A DNA stretch of 64,000 nucleotides from Candidatus Poribacteria bacterium (GCA_963663765.2 CAXXUA010000004.1:704001-768000), one strand, 5' to 3'; shown: positions 1-11,419, numbered from the stretch's first letter. Notes: generated by a model not told the origin, from the letters alone. Program-made: numbers and translations.

Positions 1-3000
1 CAATTTGGAATAGAAACTGACAAGCAACTCAATACCTTGTTTAGTTAGGTGAGACTTCTAATCGAACCAATTTGGAATAGAAACGCTTCGGTTGGTTGGT
101 TGGTTACTTCGGTTTTTCTACTTCTAATCGAACCAATTTGGAATAGAAACATCTTTGTACTGGGCGAAGTCTCAATTGGTGATTTCTTCTAATCGAACCA
201 ATTTGGAATAGAAACTGAAACGAAGTTTCTGGGTCATCATCATACCATTTTCTTCTAATCGAACCAATTTGGAATAGAAACAACACGCCTCGCCTCTTTG
301 TCATTGTCTTTAAAGACTTCTAATCGAACCAATTTGGAATAGAAACTACGATATAAGAATGATGAACACCATGATTGAAACCTTCTAATCGAACCAATTT
401 GGAATAGAAACCCCTCATTATTCCAATTGTCAATTATGTCATTCACACTTCTAATCGAACCAATTTGGAATAGAAACGATGTTTATGATCCTATCAGTGG
501 TTTTGGCAGTATAGCTTCTAATCGAACCAATTTGGAATAGAAACTCTCATTTGACCATGCTTTTTGTGAATGTTCATTACCTTCTAATCGAACCAATTTG
601 GAATAGAAACAATAATGCTCGTAATGTAATAACTTCGGGAATAGAAGTCTTCTAATCGAACCAATTTGGAATAGAAACGTCAACGCCATCGGCTCTTTTC
701 TATCTGCTAACGCCGCCTTCTAATCGAACCAATTTGGAATAGAAACGTTGCTTTTGCGATTTCTTTTTCTATACCTTTCACTTCTAATCGAACCAATTTG
801 GAATAGAAACACTTTCCGACGACGGATAACCCGTCCACCCACAATTCTTCTAATCGAACCAATTTGGAATAGAAACTCCGTTTCTCATCATCTTCTAAAG
901 ATGTGTTACAAGCCCAACTTCTAATCGAACCAATTTGGAATAGAAACTTCTCCATATCTGAGCAGTATAGGATTAGGTGATTTACTTCTAATCGAACCAA
1001 TTTGGAATAGAAACAAAACCAAATTCTTCCAGTTCATCCAATGTTTCAGCCTTCTAATCGAACCAATTTGGAATAGAAACCTTGACGACATTTTGAAGTA
1101 TTTAGGTATCAATAAACTTCTAATCGAACCAATTTGGAATAGAAACGCGTTTTCTTGCGTTCAATTGATATATATGGGTGGGGCTTCTAATCGAACCAAT
1201 TTGGAATAGAAACTTTGGAATGGTTTTTTATATAATTTTACTGTCACGCACTTCTAATCGAACCAATTTGGAATAGAAACTTCATTTTCAGGGAGTATAT
1301 GAATGATTTTGTCTACTTCTAATCGAACCAATTTGGAATAGAAACTTCATAAGTTGTTTCAAAAGAAAACTGATATTTTTCACCTTCTAATCGAACCAAT
1401 TTGGAATAGAAACTTTCCTGCTCTTGTATAGGAGTAGAAATCACTTTGACTTCTAATCGAACCAATTTGGAATAGAAACATTTCAAACGCTTTTTTAAGG
1501 TTCATCTGTATTCTCCCTTCTAATCGAACCAATTTGGAATAGAAACAAGTTAAAGTGACGTGTGAATCCGAAGGACTGGATGCCTTATAATCGAACCAAT
1601 TTGGAATAGAAACTTTTGACTTTATCGTTTGTTGAAGTCAAATGTTTTTACTTCTAATCGAACCAATTTGGAATAGAAACTGAAGAACATACTGAAACTG
1701 AAAAAGAACTTGCACCCCTTCTAATCGAACCAATTTGGAATAGAAACAGTGCAGGTGCAGGTGGGAGTTGTATACCCATTGACTTCTAATCGAACCAATT
1801 TGGAATAGAAACGATCCGCCAGTGCAACCCGATGAACCTGAGCAGCCCAGCTTCTAATCGAACCAATTTGGAATAGAAACAGAATATGAGCCGTCTGGGA
1901 AAGCTGCGAGCGAACTTCTAATCGAACCAATTTGGAATAGAAAATCCAGTATATTCATTGTATATGAGTTAATCGCAAAAGCTTCTAATCGAACCAATTT
2001 GGAATAGAAACGTTCCTAAACTTGTCCATCGCAATTCTGATGTTAGACTTCTAATCGAACCAATTTGGAATAGAAACTGCTATAGCCAAACGTTTCAAAC
2101 TTGCTGAATGACACACTTCTAATCGAACCAATTTGGAATAGAAACCAACTTATGAATGTCTGTTGTGTTTACACCTGGTTCACTTCTAATCGAACCAATT
2201 TGGAATAGAAACTTTCCTGTCAAACCTTTTTTCAATAAAATTGTTTGGACTTCTAATCGAACCAATTTGGAATAGAAACCAGCAATAAACGCATCACAAA
2301 GAATTGAAAAAAAATGGTACTTCTAATCGAACCAATTTGGAATAGAAACTCACACCAGACACCACGACAGATACTTTATCCAGAACTTCTAATCGAACCA
2401 ATTTGGAATAGAAACATCCCTACGTGCGAATGGCGTGTATTGCCGTCTGTGCCTTCTAATCGAACCAATTTGGAATAGAAACATAACAATAAATGTTGAA
2501 TCAAAATCTTTGTTAGTTTTGACTTCTAATCGAACCAATTTGGAATAGAAACCAGTATGCTGCCGTTAATATCAACATAGATATGGACGCTTCTAATCGA
2601 ACCAATTTGGAATAGAAACGCGCGCGGTGGGCTACACGAATGGGTCTTGATGAACTTCTAATCGAACCAATTTGGAATAGAAACTCCTGATAAATGACCA
2701 AAGCCCCCCAATACGTCTCACTTCTAATCGAACCAATTTGGAATAGAAACATATTGATATATCTGACTTTGTTGCAAGCGACATCACCTTCTAATCGAAC
2801 CAATTTGGAATAGAAACTTTTTCATGGATGATCCTATGTCTACAGTTCCGTCTTCTAATCGAACCAATTTGGAATAGAAACCTCGCATCAAAACATTGTG
2901 TTTGTCTGTAATCTTGCCTTCTAATCGAACCAATTTGGAATAGAAACGGCGGTCGGCTATCATCAGTGCCGAGTGATTCCATACTTCTAATCGAACCAAT

Positions 3001-4403
3001 TTGGAATAGAAACTGAAAAATACAAACCGTTATTCATCGTTAACTCCTTTCTTCTAATCGAACCAATTTGGAATAGAAACACTTGACGTTGACTTCAGAT
3101 AACGACACTGCACCATCTTCTAATCGAACCAATTTGGAATAGAAACTTCTTTAAGTATAATACTATTCCTATGAACTTATATAACCTTCTAATCGAACCA
3201 ATTTGGAATAGAAACCAAGAAGAAACCCCCAATGATGAATGAATAAACCCCGCTTCTAATCGAACCAATTTGGAATAGAAACCCCCTTGAAGTTAGCAAC
3301 CACCTTGCAGTTGCACTCTTCTAATCGAACCAATTTGGAATAGAAACAAGACAACGGACTCTTCTTGACTAATAGAAATTATCTTCTAATCGAACCAATT
3401 TGGAATAGAAACCAGTATAAATCAAGTGCTTTTAATTTATCCATAATTCTTCTAATCGAACCAATTTGGAATAGAAACTTATATAATAGAAATTTGCTGG
3501 GATTTTACGACCTTCTAATCGAACCAATTTGGAATAGAAACATTGATAGTTCGAACTCCTGCATTACCTCCGTCTTCCTTCTAATCGAACCAATTTGGAA
3601 TAGAAACGTGCATTCCCAACTAACGCATTCAAATGTACATCCCTTCTAATCGAACCAATTTGGAATAGAAACTCTTTAGTCTGCCGTCAATCTTCAATTG
3701 TGCTTGCCGCTTCTAATCGAACCAATTTGGAATAGAAACTTTTCTGCATCAAATTCGTAGTAGTTATCACCGTCAAACTTCTAATCGAACCAATTTGGAA
3801 TAGAAACTATCTCCTCGCCTATTTCAATGACGCGAAGAGTCTCCTTCTAATCGAACCAATTTGGAATAGAAACCTCGCATCAACGACTGGTTCGCCATCG
3901 TCATCCGTCCTTCTAATAGAACCAATTTGGAATAGAAACACATTTCACAGCATGTGCATTTTCTGTAGTGTTTTTCTTCTAATCGAACCAATTTGGAATA
4001 GAAACGATAGAAATTATTAGATTTAAAGGTGAAAAAGACAAACTTCTAATCGAACCAATTTGGAATAGAAACATGTTAGATTACTTGACATATAATGTGG
4101 AGAGTAAACCTTCTAATCGAACCAATTTGGAATAGAAACATTCCCAACAGGTTGTAATATCTGTAGTGTCGTCCATCTTCTAATCGAACCAATTTGGAAT
4201 AGAAACCATGAACTTTCATTTCATCTGACGCAGGTTGAAAGCTTCTAATCGAACCAATTTGGAATAGAAACGCAGGAAGCACACAAGTTCAGAGCAATTT
4301 TTGAAGACTTCTAATCGAACCAATTTGGAATAGAAACTGATACATTACAAGGGAGGGGCAAAATAAATGCAACCTTCTAATCGAACCAATTTGGAATAAA
4401 ATA
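1..4403 (+). CRISPR. CRISPR array, repeat CTTCTAATCGAACCAATTTGGAATAGAAAC (30 bp); 66 repeats plus a partial one at the window edge, spacers about 33-41 nt; runs off the window start
   Basis: Repeat recurs about every 66 bp (55, 121, 186 ... 4308, 4374). Single-base variants at 1584, 1915 and 3910. The last copy (4374-4403) is degenerate at its 3' end (...GGAATAAAATA), marking the trailer. The GAAAC 3' end supports + strand transcription. Repeat style resembles type I-B/III arrays. Confidence 0.98.
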
Positions 4404-4513
4404 CGCTTGTTTTATAGAAAAAATAGATTTTGATAAGTCCATTTATCAAAGGATATTATTTAATTTCAACTCCTTGAACCAGCATTGGATAATTATATTG
4501 TAAAGGAGAAAAT

Positions 4514-6223
4514 ATGAGTATAAAAGCAGATAGAGAAAGATTGTTACATCACAAAAACCTTGAAGTTTTGCGGCAGCGTCCAAGACCATCTGAAATGTTG
4601 CCTGTGTATCTCTCAAATAAAAAGGAATATTTATATTCTCATTCTATTCGGTGTGCATTGGTGCCGTTTGATCAGATTGACAAAGTGCTCTCTCGTTCAG
4701 ACAGGAATTGTGAAGATTGCAAAGGCATGCCTGAAGGTGTAGTATACAACGATGGTAATAAAGAGAAACGCGAATATCTTCGCTATGGAACGGACACTGG
4801 TATTGAACCTCTGATTATTGAACGCAAATTCTATAAAATATATCCTAATTATAGAGAAATATCAGAGGAGTTTCGACACTTTCATAACTTGTATCAGAAT
4901 ACAAAAATAGATCCATCTGAATATATTATACTTGAGGACGATGGAAATGAACATATCGTTGCTATTGTTGAAACTAACTTGATTCGTATAAGGCTCAAGG
5001 AAATCCTACAATTTGCGGCAATCAAAGAAATGTATTTAGCAATTTATTTTGATTATTGCGAATACTCAAACTATTCGGAGGAAGAACTTCAACTTGATAT
5101 AAATGATGGATCAGAAAGGTTTATGCGAGATGATCTTATGTGTTGGGAGCAATACTATACGGGTCCTATCCGTAGTTCATCTGGTACCTATCTGTCAGTT
5201 AGACGATTGATAGGAAAACAACTCTTCAAACCTCTGCCGAAGTCTAAAAGTGGTTTCTGGCCTTTCGCTGAGGAGTCTGAAGATAAATACGCCAAATTCA
5301 TCATTGGTGTTGATGAAAATGGGGATAACATTACTTATACATCTAACCCCGATGAACTGAAAACACCAGCAGATCCTGAGAATGTTCGTGGTGTAGATTC
5401 GGATGCTCCTTGTTATCTTACTCCGGTTCATTTTCGCAAGCAGGTTTTGGACAAATATTACCAAGAAAGTAGTAAATATGATGTAAGAGAATTAACACTT
5501 CACTGTGGCGGACTGTGGTGCATGTTTATTGATAACAATCATGTGGACAGAGTCTGTGCATGGCTAGGTGATCTTGGTAGAGACATGCCTTATAGCGAGC
5601 AGCAACACTGGTTAGTACATAATATTCAACCTAAGGGCGGTGTAAGTCCAAATTTTTTTCAACAACAACTTATGGCACAGTTCACGAATTCAAAGCAGCC
5701 AGAGCACATGTTCAGGCAGCAATATCATAATTTGCAGAAAGCATGTGAAAAACACCTCGGTTGGCAGTTGTTGTTGCCATTAAGTGAAGGAGATGAACAT
5801 CACTTTGGACGCTTGCGGACTTCACCTAGTAATGAGCAACATGTTTTTGATGAATTGGTTTTAAGTCTGACAAAAATATTAATTGATTCGCTCAATGAGA
5901 AAGCACTAAACAAGTTAATTCCTGATTCAGACCGGAAGGAAAATACAAAAGGGATTACTCGTCTTGAATATGTTTTAAAAACATGTGACGTTGGTGATGA
6001 AGATTACATTTTCTTTCTGCGCAAACTACAGAATCTCCGATCCAGTGGGAGTGCCCATCGCAAAGGTAAGAAATATAGAAAAGCATTGCAGGATTTTGAC
6101 ATTGAACACCAGAGTTTACAAATGGTGTTTCGTAAGATTCTTATACAGTCTGTAGATCTTCTTGACTATTTTATTGGTGTTGTGCATGGTGGAAAACTGA
6201 GAACAGAGTTGAAAGAGGAATAA
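4514..6223 (+). CDS. 569-aa hypothetical protein with C-terminal HEPN-like RNase motif
   Basis: AGGAG RBS; long ORF; helical C-terminus with LQNLRSSGSAHRKG (R-x5-H). Confidence 0.6.
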   Translation: MSIKADRERLLHHKNLEVLRQRPRPSEMLPVYLSNKKEYLYSHSIRCALVPFDQIDKVLSRSDRNCEDCKGMPEGVVYNDGNKEKREYLRYGTDTGIEPLIIERKFYKIYPNYREISEEFRHFHNLYQNTKIDPSEYIILEDDGNEHIVAIVETNLIRIRLKEILQFAAIKEMYLAIYFDYCEYSNYSEEELQLDINDGSERFMRDDLMCWEQYYTGPIRSSSGTYLSVRRLIGKQLFKPLPKSKSGFWPFAEESEDKYAKFIIGVDENGDNITYTSNPDELKTPADPENVRGVDSDAPCYLTPVHFRKQVLDKYYQESSKYDVRELTLHCGGLWCMFIDNNHVDRVCAWLGDLGRDMPYSEQQHWLVHNIQPKGGVSPNFFQQQLMAQFTNSKQPEHMFRQQYHNLQKACEKHLGWQLLLPLSEGDEHHFGRLRTSPSNEQHVFDELVLSLTKILIDSLNEKALNKLIPDSDRKENTKGITRLEYVLKTCDVGDEDYIFFLRKLQNLRSSGSAHRKGKKYRKALQDFDIEHQSLQMVFRKILIQSVDLLDYFIGVVHGGKLRTELKEE

Positions 6224-6367
6224 TTCAGTTTATCAAAAACTAAACACACCTGGAAAACAATATAACATCAACCCATTTGTCAACAACAAATATACATTAT
6301 TATCGTGCCATATCAATTTCCTTGGTCATATTAAAAACATTGAATTCCTTAAAAGTATCCAAAAAGT

Positions 6368-6396
6368 TTGACATTCCATTTAAAATACTATATATT
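6368..6396 (+). promoter_or_regulatory. sigma70-type promoter of the peptidase-TA operon
   Basis: TTGACA (6368-6373), 17-bp spacer, TATATT (6391-6396). Confidence 0.6.
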
Positions 6397-6409
6397 ATAT
6401 ATACTTGTG

Positions 6410-6493
6410 AGGCAGGGGTTCCATCTCGGCACATTCCCGTGCCGAGTCCTGTCTATACCCGTGGAACGGTAGCAAGCAAGACACAAGGGAACC
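6410..6493 (+). ncRNA. candidate structured 5' leader (hairpin inside a pseudoknot)
   Basis: GC-rich island in AT-rich DNA. Pairings 6410-6416/6448-6454, 6425-6432/6439-6446 and 6418-6423/6462-6467. Confidence 0.35.
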
Positions 6494-6542
6494 AATATAA
6501 CATTTTATACAACATCACCATTTTTCGCAGAAGGTAACTTAT

Positions 6543-7358
6543 ATGACCCTTATCGTATCCATCATATCTGCAGATGGCATCGTCATTGGCGGAGACAGTC
6601 TCGCTTCGCTGCTTGGGCAGGTTAACGTGAGTCAGTCAAACGAAATCACATGTCCGAAATGTGAACACACACATGTGTTCCAATCCAATTTTCGGGGAAA
6701 TGTAAGAAAATCCACTTACTCTTATACGGAAAAGGTTTTTCCTTTTTTGGAAAAGTTTGGAATTGGTGTCTTTGGGGCTGGGCTTATCGGAAACTTTTCT
6801 GTGAACTTTTTAGTCCGTTTTTTTGAAGAATATCTTAAAGAACGCATAGCTAAAGAACGTATATTCATAAATGGTGTGTCCGACCTTGCCAGAGAACTCG
6901 GTGTAAACCAACATAGTTTGTTAGTCAAAGAAATTGAAAGACAGGGACAATCACTCGATAATTTTCCTGATAATCATCTCTTTGTAGGTTTCCAAGTTGT
7001 AGGATATGATCTAAAACAACCTAAAATCATTGAGGTTTTGTTGGGAAAAGAAGTAAAGTTGAATGTCTTTGAGGGTTTAGCTTGTTATGCTTCAGGGAAT
7101 ACAAAAATCGTTGAAATGATACGAGAACATTACAAAAAAGAGATCGGAACTGAGCCTTTATACAAAGTATTTTCGCTGCAGGAGGCAATTGATTACGTTG
7201 AATTCTTGATACGAACAACGATTGATTATCAAAGATTTTCCCCAGAAATTCCAAATGTAGGGGGTAGTATTGATATTGCACTCGTGACACCCTTTGATAA
7301 TTTTCGATGGATTCGTCAAAAACCACTTGGTCAACTTATACAAGGAGACACATCATGA
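6543..7358 (+). CDS. proteasome beta-subunit-like Ntn (Thr) hydrolase with CxxC insert
   Basis: M-T start, TLIVSIISADGIVIGGDS; Lys in TEKVF; ASG; C-terminal VGGSIDIALVT; CPKCEH insert. Confidence 0.75.
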   Translation: MTLIVSIISADGIVIGGDSLASLLGQVNVSQSNEITCPKCEHTHVFQSNFRGNVRKSTYSYTEKVFPFLEKFGIGVFGAGLIGNFSVNFLVRFFEEYLKERIAKERIFINGVSDLARELGVNQHSLLVKEIERQGQSLDNFPDNHLFVGFQVVGYDLKQPKIIEVLLGKEVKLNVFEGLACYASGNTKIVEMIREHYKKEIGTEPLYKVFSLQEAIDYVEFLIRTTIDYQRFSPEIPNVGGSIDIALVTPFDNFRWIRQKPLGQLIQGDTS

Positions 7359-7804
7359 AAAAGCAATTGACCCCTATGACATACACTTTCAGTCCATTGC
7401 CTGAAACGCCATTAAGTCACACGACTATAAGTGTAGCTGTCATGACCCCATTTATTGAAGATCAACACACCGAAAAAGATGTGTCAGTGCCAAAGATAAA
7501 GAAATCGCGCATACAGCTTATTGAAATAGAAGATACCGCGTTTCACGAAAAACACACCGCCTATGTAACCCAAAAAGCATCCAAATGGATTGGTTGGATC
7601 CCTGAGTTTCCTGAGTTCCGATATGAGGAAAAAACCAAAACGGCATTGATCCAAACACTCAAAGAAAAACTTCATGAAACCTTAAAGGCACGCGATAAAG
7701 CATGGGATAAGCAAATAGAAGAAGATATAAAAGCAGGGAAACTTGATCATCTTCGAGAAAAAGCTCTTGAGGATATTGATGCAGGAAACTTCACGTATCT
7801 ATAA
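7355..7804 (+). CDS. antitoxin (HicB-like core plus WDxQIEED helix) with low-complexity N-terminal extension
   Basis: ATGA overlap with the upstream stop and AAGGAG RBS give start 7355; KWIGWIPEFP and AWDKQIEEDIKAGKLD motifs; lies upstream of a RelE/ParE-like toxin. Confidence 0.65.
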   Translation: MKKQLTPMTYTFSPLPETPLSHTTISVAVMTPFIEDQHTEKDVSVPKIKKSRIQLIEIEDTAFHEKHTAYVTQKASKWIGWIPEFPEFRYEEKTKTALIQTLKEKLHETLKARDKAWDKQIEEDIKAGKLDHLREKALEDIDAGNFTYL

Positions 7805-8051
7805 AACTACCCCAGAGTTTTGGGATTGCTTTAATAACCTTCCGGTTGCTGTTCAAAAACGTGCCAAGAGGAAATTTGAACTGTTCAAGCAGAATCCGAG
7901 ACACCCTTCTCTTGAGTTTGAGAAACTACCTATTGGGTACTGGAGAGTAAAAGTAGGTGATGGTTACAGAGCCTTGGCATTTGAAGATGAGGACGGTCTG
8001 TGTTGGTTTTGGATAGGAGACCACAAAACGTATGAGAGATTAATTCGATAA
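7779..8051 (+). CDS. RelE/ParE-like type II toxin
   Basis: TTPEFWDCF...NPRHPSLEFEKL...WRVKVGDGYRAL...WFWIGDHKTYERL; GAGGA RBS before ATG 7779. Confidence 0.8.
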   Translation: MQETSRIYKTTPEFWDCFNNLPVAVQKRAKRKFELFKQNPRHPSLEFEKLPIGYWRVKVGDGYRALAFEDEDGLCWFWIGDHKTYERLIR

Positions 8052-8241
8052 CAACCTAAAATTAATTCGGTAACAACCCAAAATAAGGGAGCAGGTATAA
8101 AAACCGATTCCCTTTTTCTAATTAGCTAATTCCACTCAACAATGCACACAAAACAATGCAACAATTCGCAAATGTTGCGGTTCTACCCATTATGTGCTAA
8201 ACTGCTTACAGAACACATTACTATCATTCAGGAAGACAAGC

Positions 8242-8817
8242 ATGGCATCTGTTGCAGCCGAAAAATACATTACACCAGAGGAATACATCACTGCAGAACG
8301 CAGGGCAGAATATAAAAGCGAATACATCTACGGTGAGATATTCGCAATGTCCGGGGCAAGTAACGCACATAACATCATCACAGTAGAAATTACCACTGAA
8401 CTGAACCTCCAATTAAGACGACGTAGTTGCTTCATTTACAGCGGTAATATGCGCGTTAAAACGAAGCCGACAGGTTCTTATTTCTATCCAGATGTCGTTG
8501 TTGTGTGCGATAAACCCCGTTTTGAAGATAATGTTTTTGACGCCCTCCTGAATCCCATCCTTATCGTAGAAGTGCTGTCGCCATCAAACCAGGCTTTTGA
8601 CCGAGGCGAAAAGTTCGCACATTATCAGGAACTTGTGTCCTTACAAGAATATCTCCTTGTATCACAAGACAGGATGCATGTTGAACACCATCATCTGATA
8701 GAAATGCAGTGGGTAGGAAAGACATTTGAAGCACCAGAAGATGTCCTGAAGTTCAATTCCATTGAATGCGAATTGCCACTTCAGGATATATATACCCGTG
8801 TTTCGTTTTCGGATTGA
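8242..8817 (+). CDS. Uma2 (DUF820) family endonuclease
   Basis: EYIYGEIFAMSGASNAH, YPDVVVVC, IVEVLSPS, LQEYLLVSQD motifs. Confidence 0.9.
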   Translation: MASVAAEKYITPEEYITAERRAEYKSEYIYGEIFAMSGASNAHNIITVEITTELNLQLRRRSCFIYSGNMRVKTKPTGSYFYPDVVVVCDKPRFEDNVFDALLNPILIVEVLSPSNQAFDRGEKFAHYQELVSLQEYLLVSQDRMHVEHHHLIEMQWVGKTFEAPEDVLKFNSIECELPLQDIYTRVSFSD

Positions 8818-8859
8818 CAATCGGAACGCCAATTCCAACCGAAACAATAACACAATAAA

Positions 8860-9028
8860 ATGCAAACATTAGTTCACATCAACCAAACCACCGATCTACA
8901 ATTCACAGATGACGACAAACTCCGAATTGGTGGTAGTGGCAAATGCATTTGGAGAAGCAGAGCCGGATGTCAATGGTGATGGTGTTGTAAATATTCTGGA
9001 TTTAGTGATTGTTGCAAATGCGTTTTGA
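8860..9028 (+). pseudogene. chimeric scar: first 24 codons of a tyrosine recombinase joined out of frame to a dockerin-like gene tail
   Basis: MQTLVHINQTTDLQFTDDDKLRIG resembles MQTLIPIENTNILQLTDDDKIRIG at 13047; another frame reads LVVVANAFGEAEPDVNGDGVVNILDLVIVANAF*. Confidence 0.8.
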
Positions 9029-10166
9029 AAGAAAAATAACTATCTACATTTATCAAACACTATCCATTTTAAACTAAAACGAAGGAAACGGATTTATGAA
9101 AAACTTTTACCACATCTTCGCAATTTTACTTTTATTTATGTTATTTGCTTTAACTATTGCTGCTTTGGCACAAGATATTGAGGTGGTCAATATCCCAGAC
9201 AAAAATTTGGAACAGGCAATACGTGAAGAACTTGGTATTCCTGAAACGACACCACTGACTTTTTCACACATGGGAATGCTAAAACGATTAAATGCAAACG
9301 AAAGGTCAATAACAGATCTCACTGGTTTAGAGTATGCAATAAATTTAGAAAGACTTGATTTATATAAAAACTATGAGTTAAGCGTTATACATCCGATTGC
9401 TGACCTGACAAACTTAAGTTGGTTATCTTTGGCAAGGACGCAAGTCGGTGATATGAGTCCAATTGTCAAACTAACAAATATAAAGGTTTTGTATCTCTGG
9501 AATACACCAATTTCCGATTTAGCTCCTTTGACAAAACTAACGCAACTGGTTGAAATCAATGCTGGGGGATGTCAAATATCAGATATTTCGCCGCTTGAAA
9601 ATCTAACCGAGTTAAAATCGCTATGGATACCGTACAACCAGATTATAGACATAACGCCCCTTGAGAACCTAACACAACTCACTATTTTAGGTTTGAGCCA
9701 TAACGACATCGTAAATGTCACCCCGTTGGCAAAGTTATTCCATTTGGAAAAATTGTACATTCAAGGTAATCAGATTACAGACCACAGTCCCCTTGATACG
9801 CTTTCACTACAAGTCTTTGAATATGATGGATTTTGTCTTTTACCGCGTTTATCTATTACCGAACGTATACAGAACAGGCGTTTTCCATCGGTATTTACAG
9901 CGTGGGGTGGTATAGGATGGAGTTCTGTTCTAAACCTTCCTGAAAAGTCGGGTTTAGAGCAGATGGCACTGCATGATCTCTATTTTTGCTGTCTGATTTT
10001 CAATCAGGAGTTTAGAGACACGCCTGAAGGTAAACGTGTTATGGGGTATATGACGGAAGCAATTGAAAAGCGTGATGCCTACCACGTTCAGAATCCAAAC
10101 ATGCTTTTCATTGCTGGATTGGAGATGCGAGGAGCCAATGTAACAAAATATCCTGAAGATTCACCC

Positions 10167-11419
10167 TAGTAGATAGTCCATTCTAATTGTTCGGGTATAG
10201 ATGTTTTAATCGTACGCGTGCATCGTCCGTTGTAAATTGCCAGTTTACCTGCTTTTGCTCTGCATTTCGCCGTTTTTGCCAGGCTTGTGTCTCTCTATGG
10301 AGTGTCTCTATATCTGGGATACGCCGACACAAACATTGACGCGTAAGGACACTCAGTTCTATTTCCGCTATATTCAACCAACTTCCATGTACTGGCGTAT
10401 GCACGATTTCTAAACGCTTACGCAACCTATTTGCTTCCTCATCTCCAAACACTTTATTGAGCGTCGAAAGTTTGTGTATATTCAGGTTGTCACAAACTAA
10501 AATCACACTTTTTGCTGATGAGTAGTCCTGATCCAATAGTATTTTTACTTCTTCTGCCCAATCCTCTGCCTTTCTGCGCGTCCGAACAGACACACGCCTC
10601 CATCCCGATAATGCTTCTGTGAATAGGAAGATATTTGCCGTGCCTTTGCGTTTATACTCATTATCTACACGCTTGACTTGCCCCGGTTTCACAGGATGCG
10701 GATCCCGAACATCATCCCTAAGCGTGACAGATTGTTCGTCCATGTTCACAACAGGTATTTCTGTATCTAAAGGTTTCTGGTAAAGATCAAGCACTTCTTC
10801 CATCGACTTTACAAACTCAGCATCTTTTTCAGGGGGAATCACCCACTGTTGTTGAAGGTGCGGCTTCAAAGCGTTTTTTTTAGTGTCTGTCTTACCGTTT
10901 CTGGAGAAATGCTTTCCACGATTTCAAGTCTTACCAATTCTGACGCAAGTAGGCGTAAAGTCCATTTAGCAGCACCTTCGGGAGGTTCGCTACAACTCAG
11001 TGCTATCAAGCGTGCTTCAGCTTCACCATCAAGTTTACGAGGTGTGGGAGGATGCTCTCGCTTAGCACGAAATAAGACACGAGAAAAACCACCTTCAGCA
11101 AAACGCTTACGCACTTTCGCGACTGTCCTATCAGTGCACTCATACGCTTCAGCTATTTTCCCATCAGTCCAACCGGGACCATTGACATCTGATTTCAGCA
11201 AAATATGAGCATTCCTTATCTTATACGCCTCTTTTTTACCTGTGTTTATACAATCTAACAACTCCTGCCGCTCCGAATCAGTGAGTTTTACAACATATTT
11301 CTTAGTCAAGGTTGTGTTCCTCCTTAAGTTTTGCTATACTATAAGAGAAAAACTCTTGTTTGTCAAGATACTAAGAAACAAAAAAATAAATACAAACTTT
11401 TAGTATGGACTATCTACTA
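10167..11419 (-). mobile_element. IS630-family insertion sequence
   Basis: Terminal inverted repeats TAGTAGATAGTCCAT / ATGGACTATCTACTA; CTAG target with TA duplication; encodes HTH and DDE ORFs. Confidence 0.93.
10183..11309 (-). CDS. IS630 transposase (orfA 10866-11309 + orfB 10183-10869, joined by frameshift)
   Basis: OrfA HTH (WTLRLLA); OrfB DDE (MDEQ, VCDNLNIH, SWLNIAEIE); A8 slippery run at 10874-10881 at the junction. Confidence 0.9.

Noticed and set aside
2882-3909. Two spacers starting CTCGCATCAA
   Set aside because: Only 10 nt are shared and the remainders are unrelated; not a duplicated spacer.
104-4282. Many short ORFs with FLFQIGSIR / FYSKLVRLE / LLIEPIWNRN repeats
   Set aside because: They are translations of the CRISPR repeat.
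4514-6223. Cas13 or other class 2 effector
   Set aside because: Only one HEPN-like motif, no RuvC motifs seen, and the repeat style fits class 1.
10920-10945. LVRLE in IS630 OrfA matching the repeat translation (self-targeting or repeat origin)
   Set aside because: The DNA match is short and imperfect (TTGGTAAGACTTGAA vs TTGGTTCGATTAGAA); coincidence.
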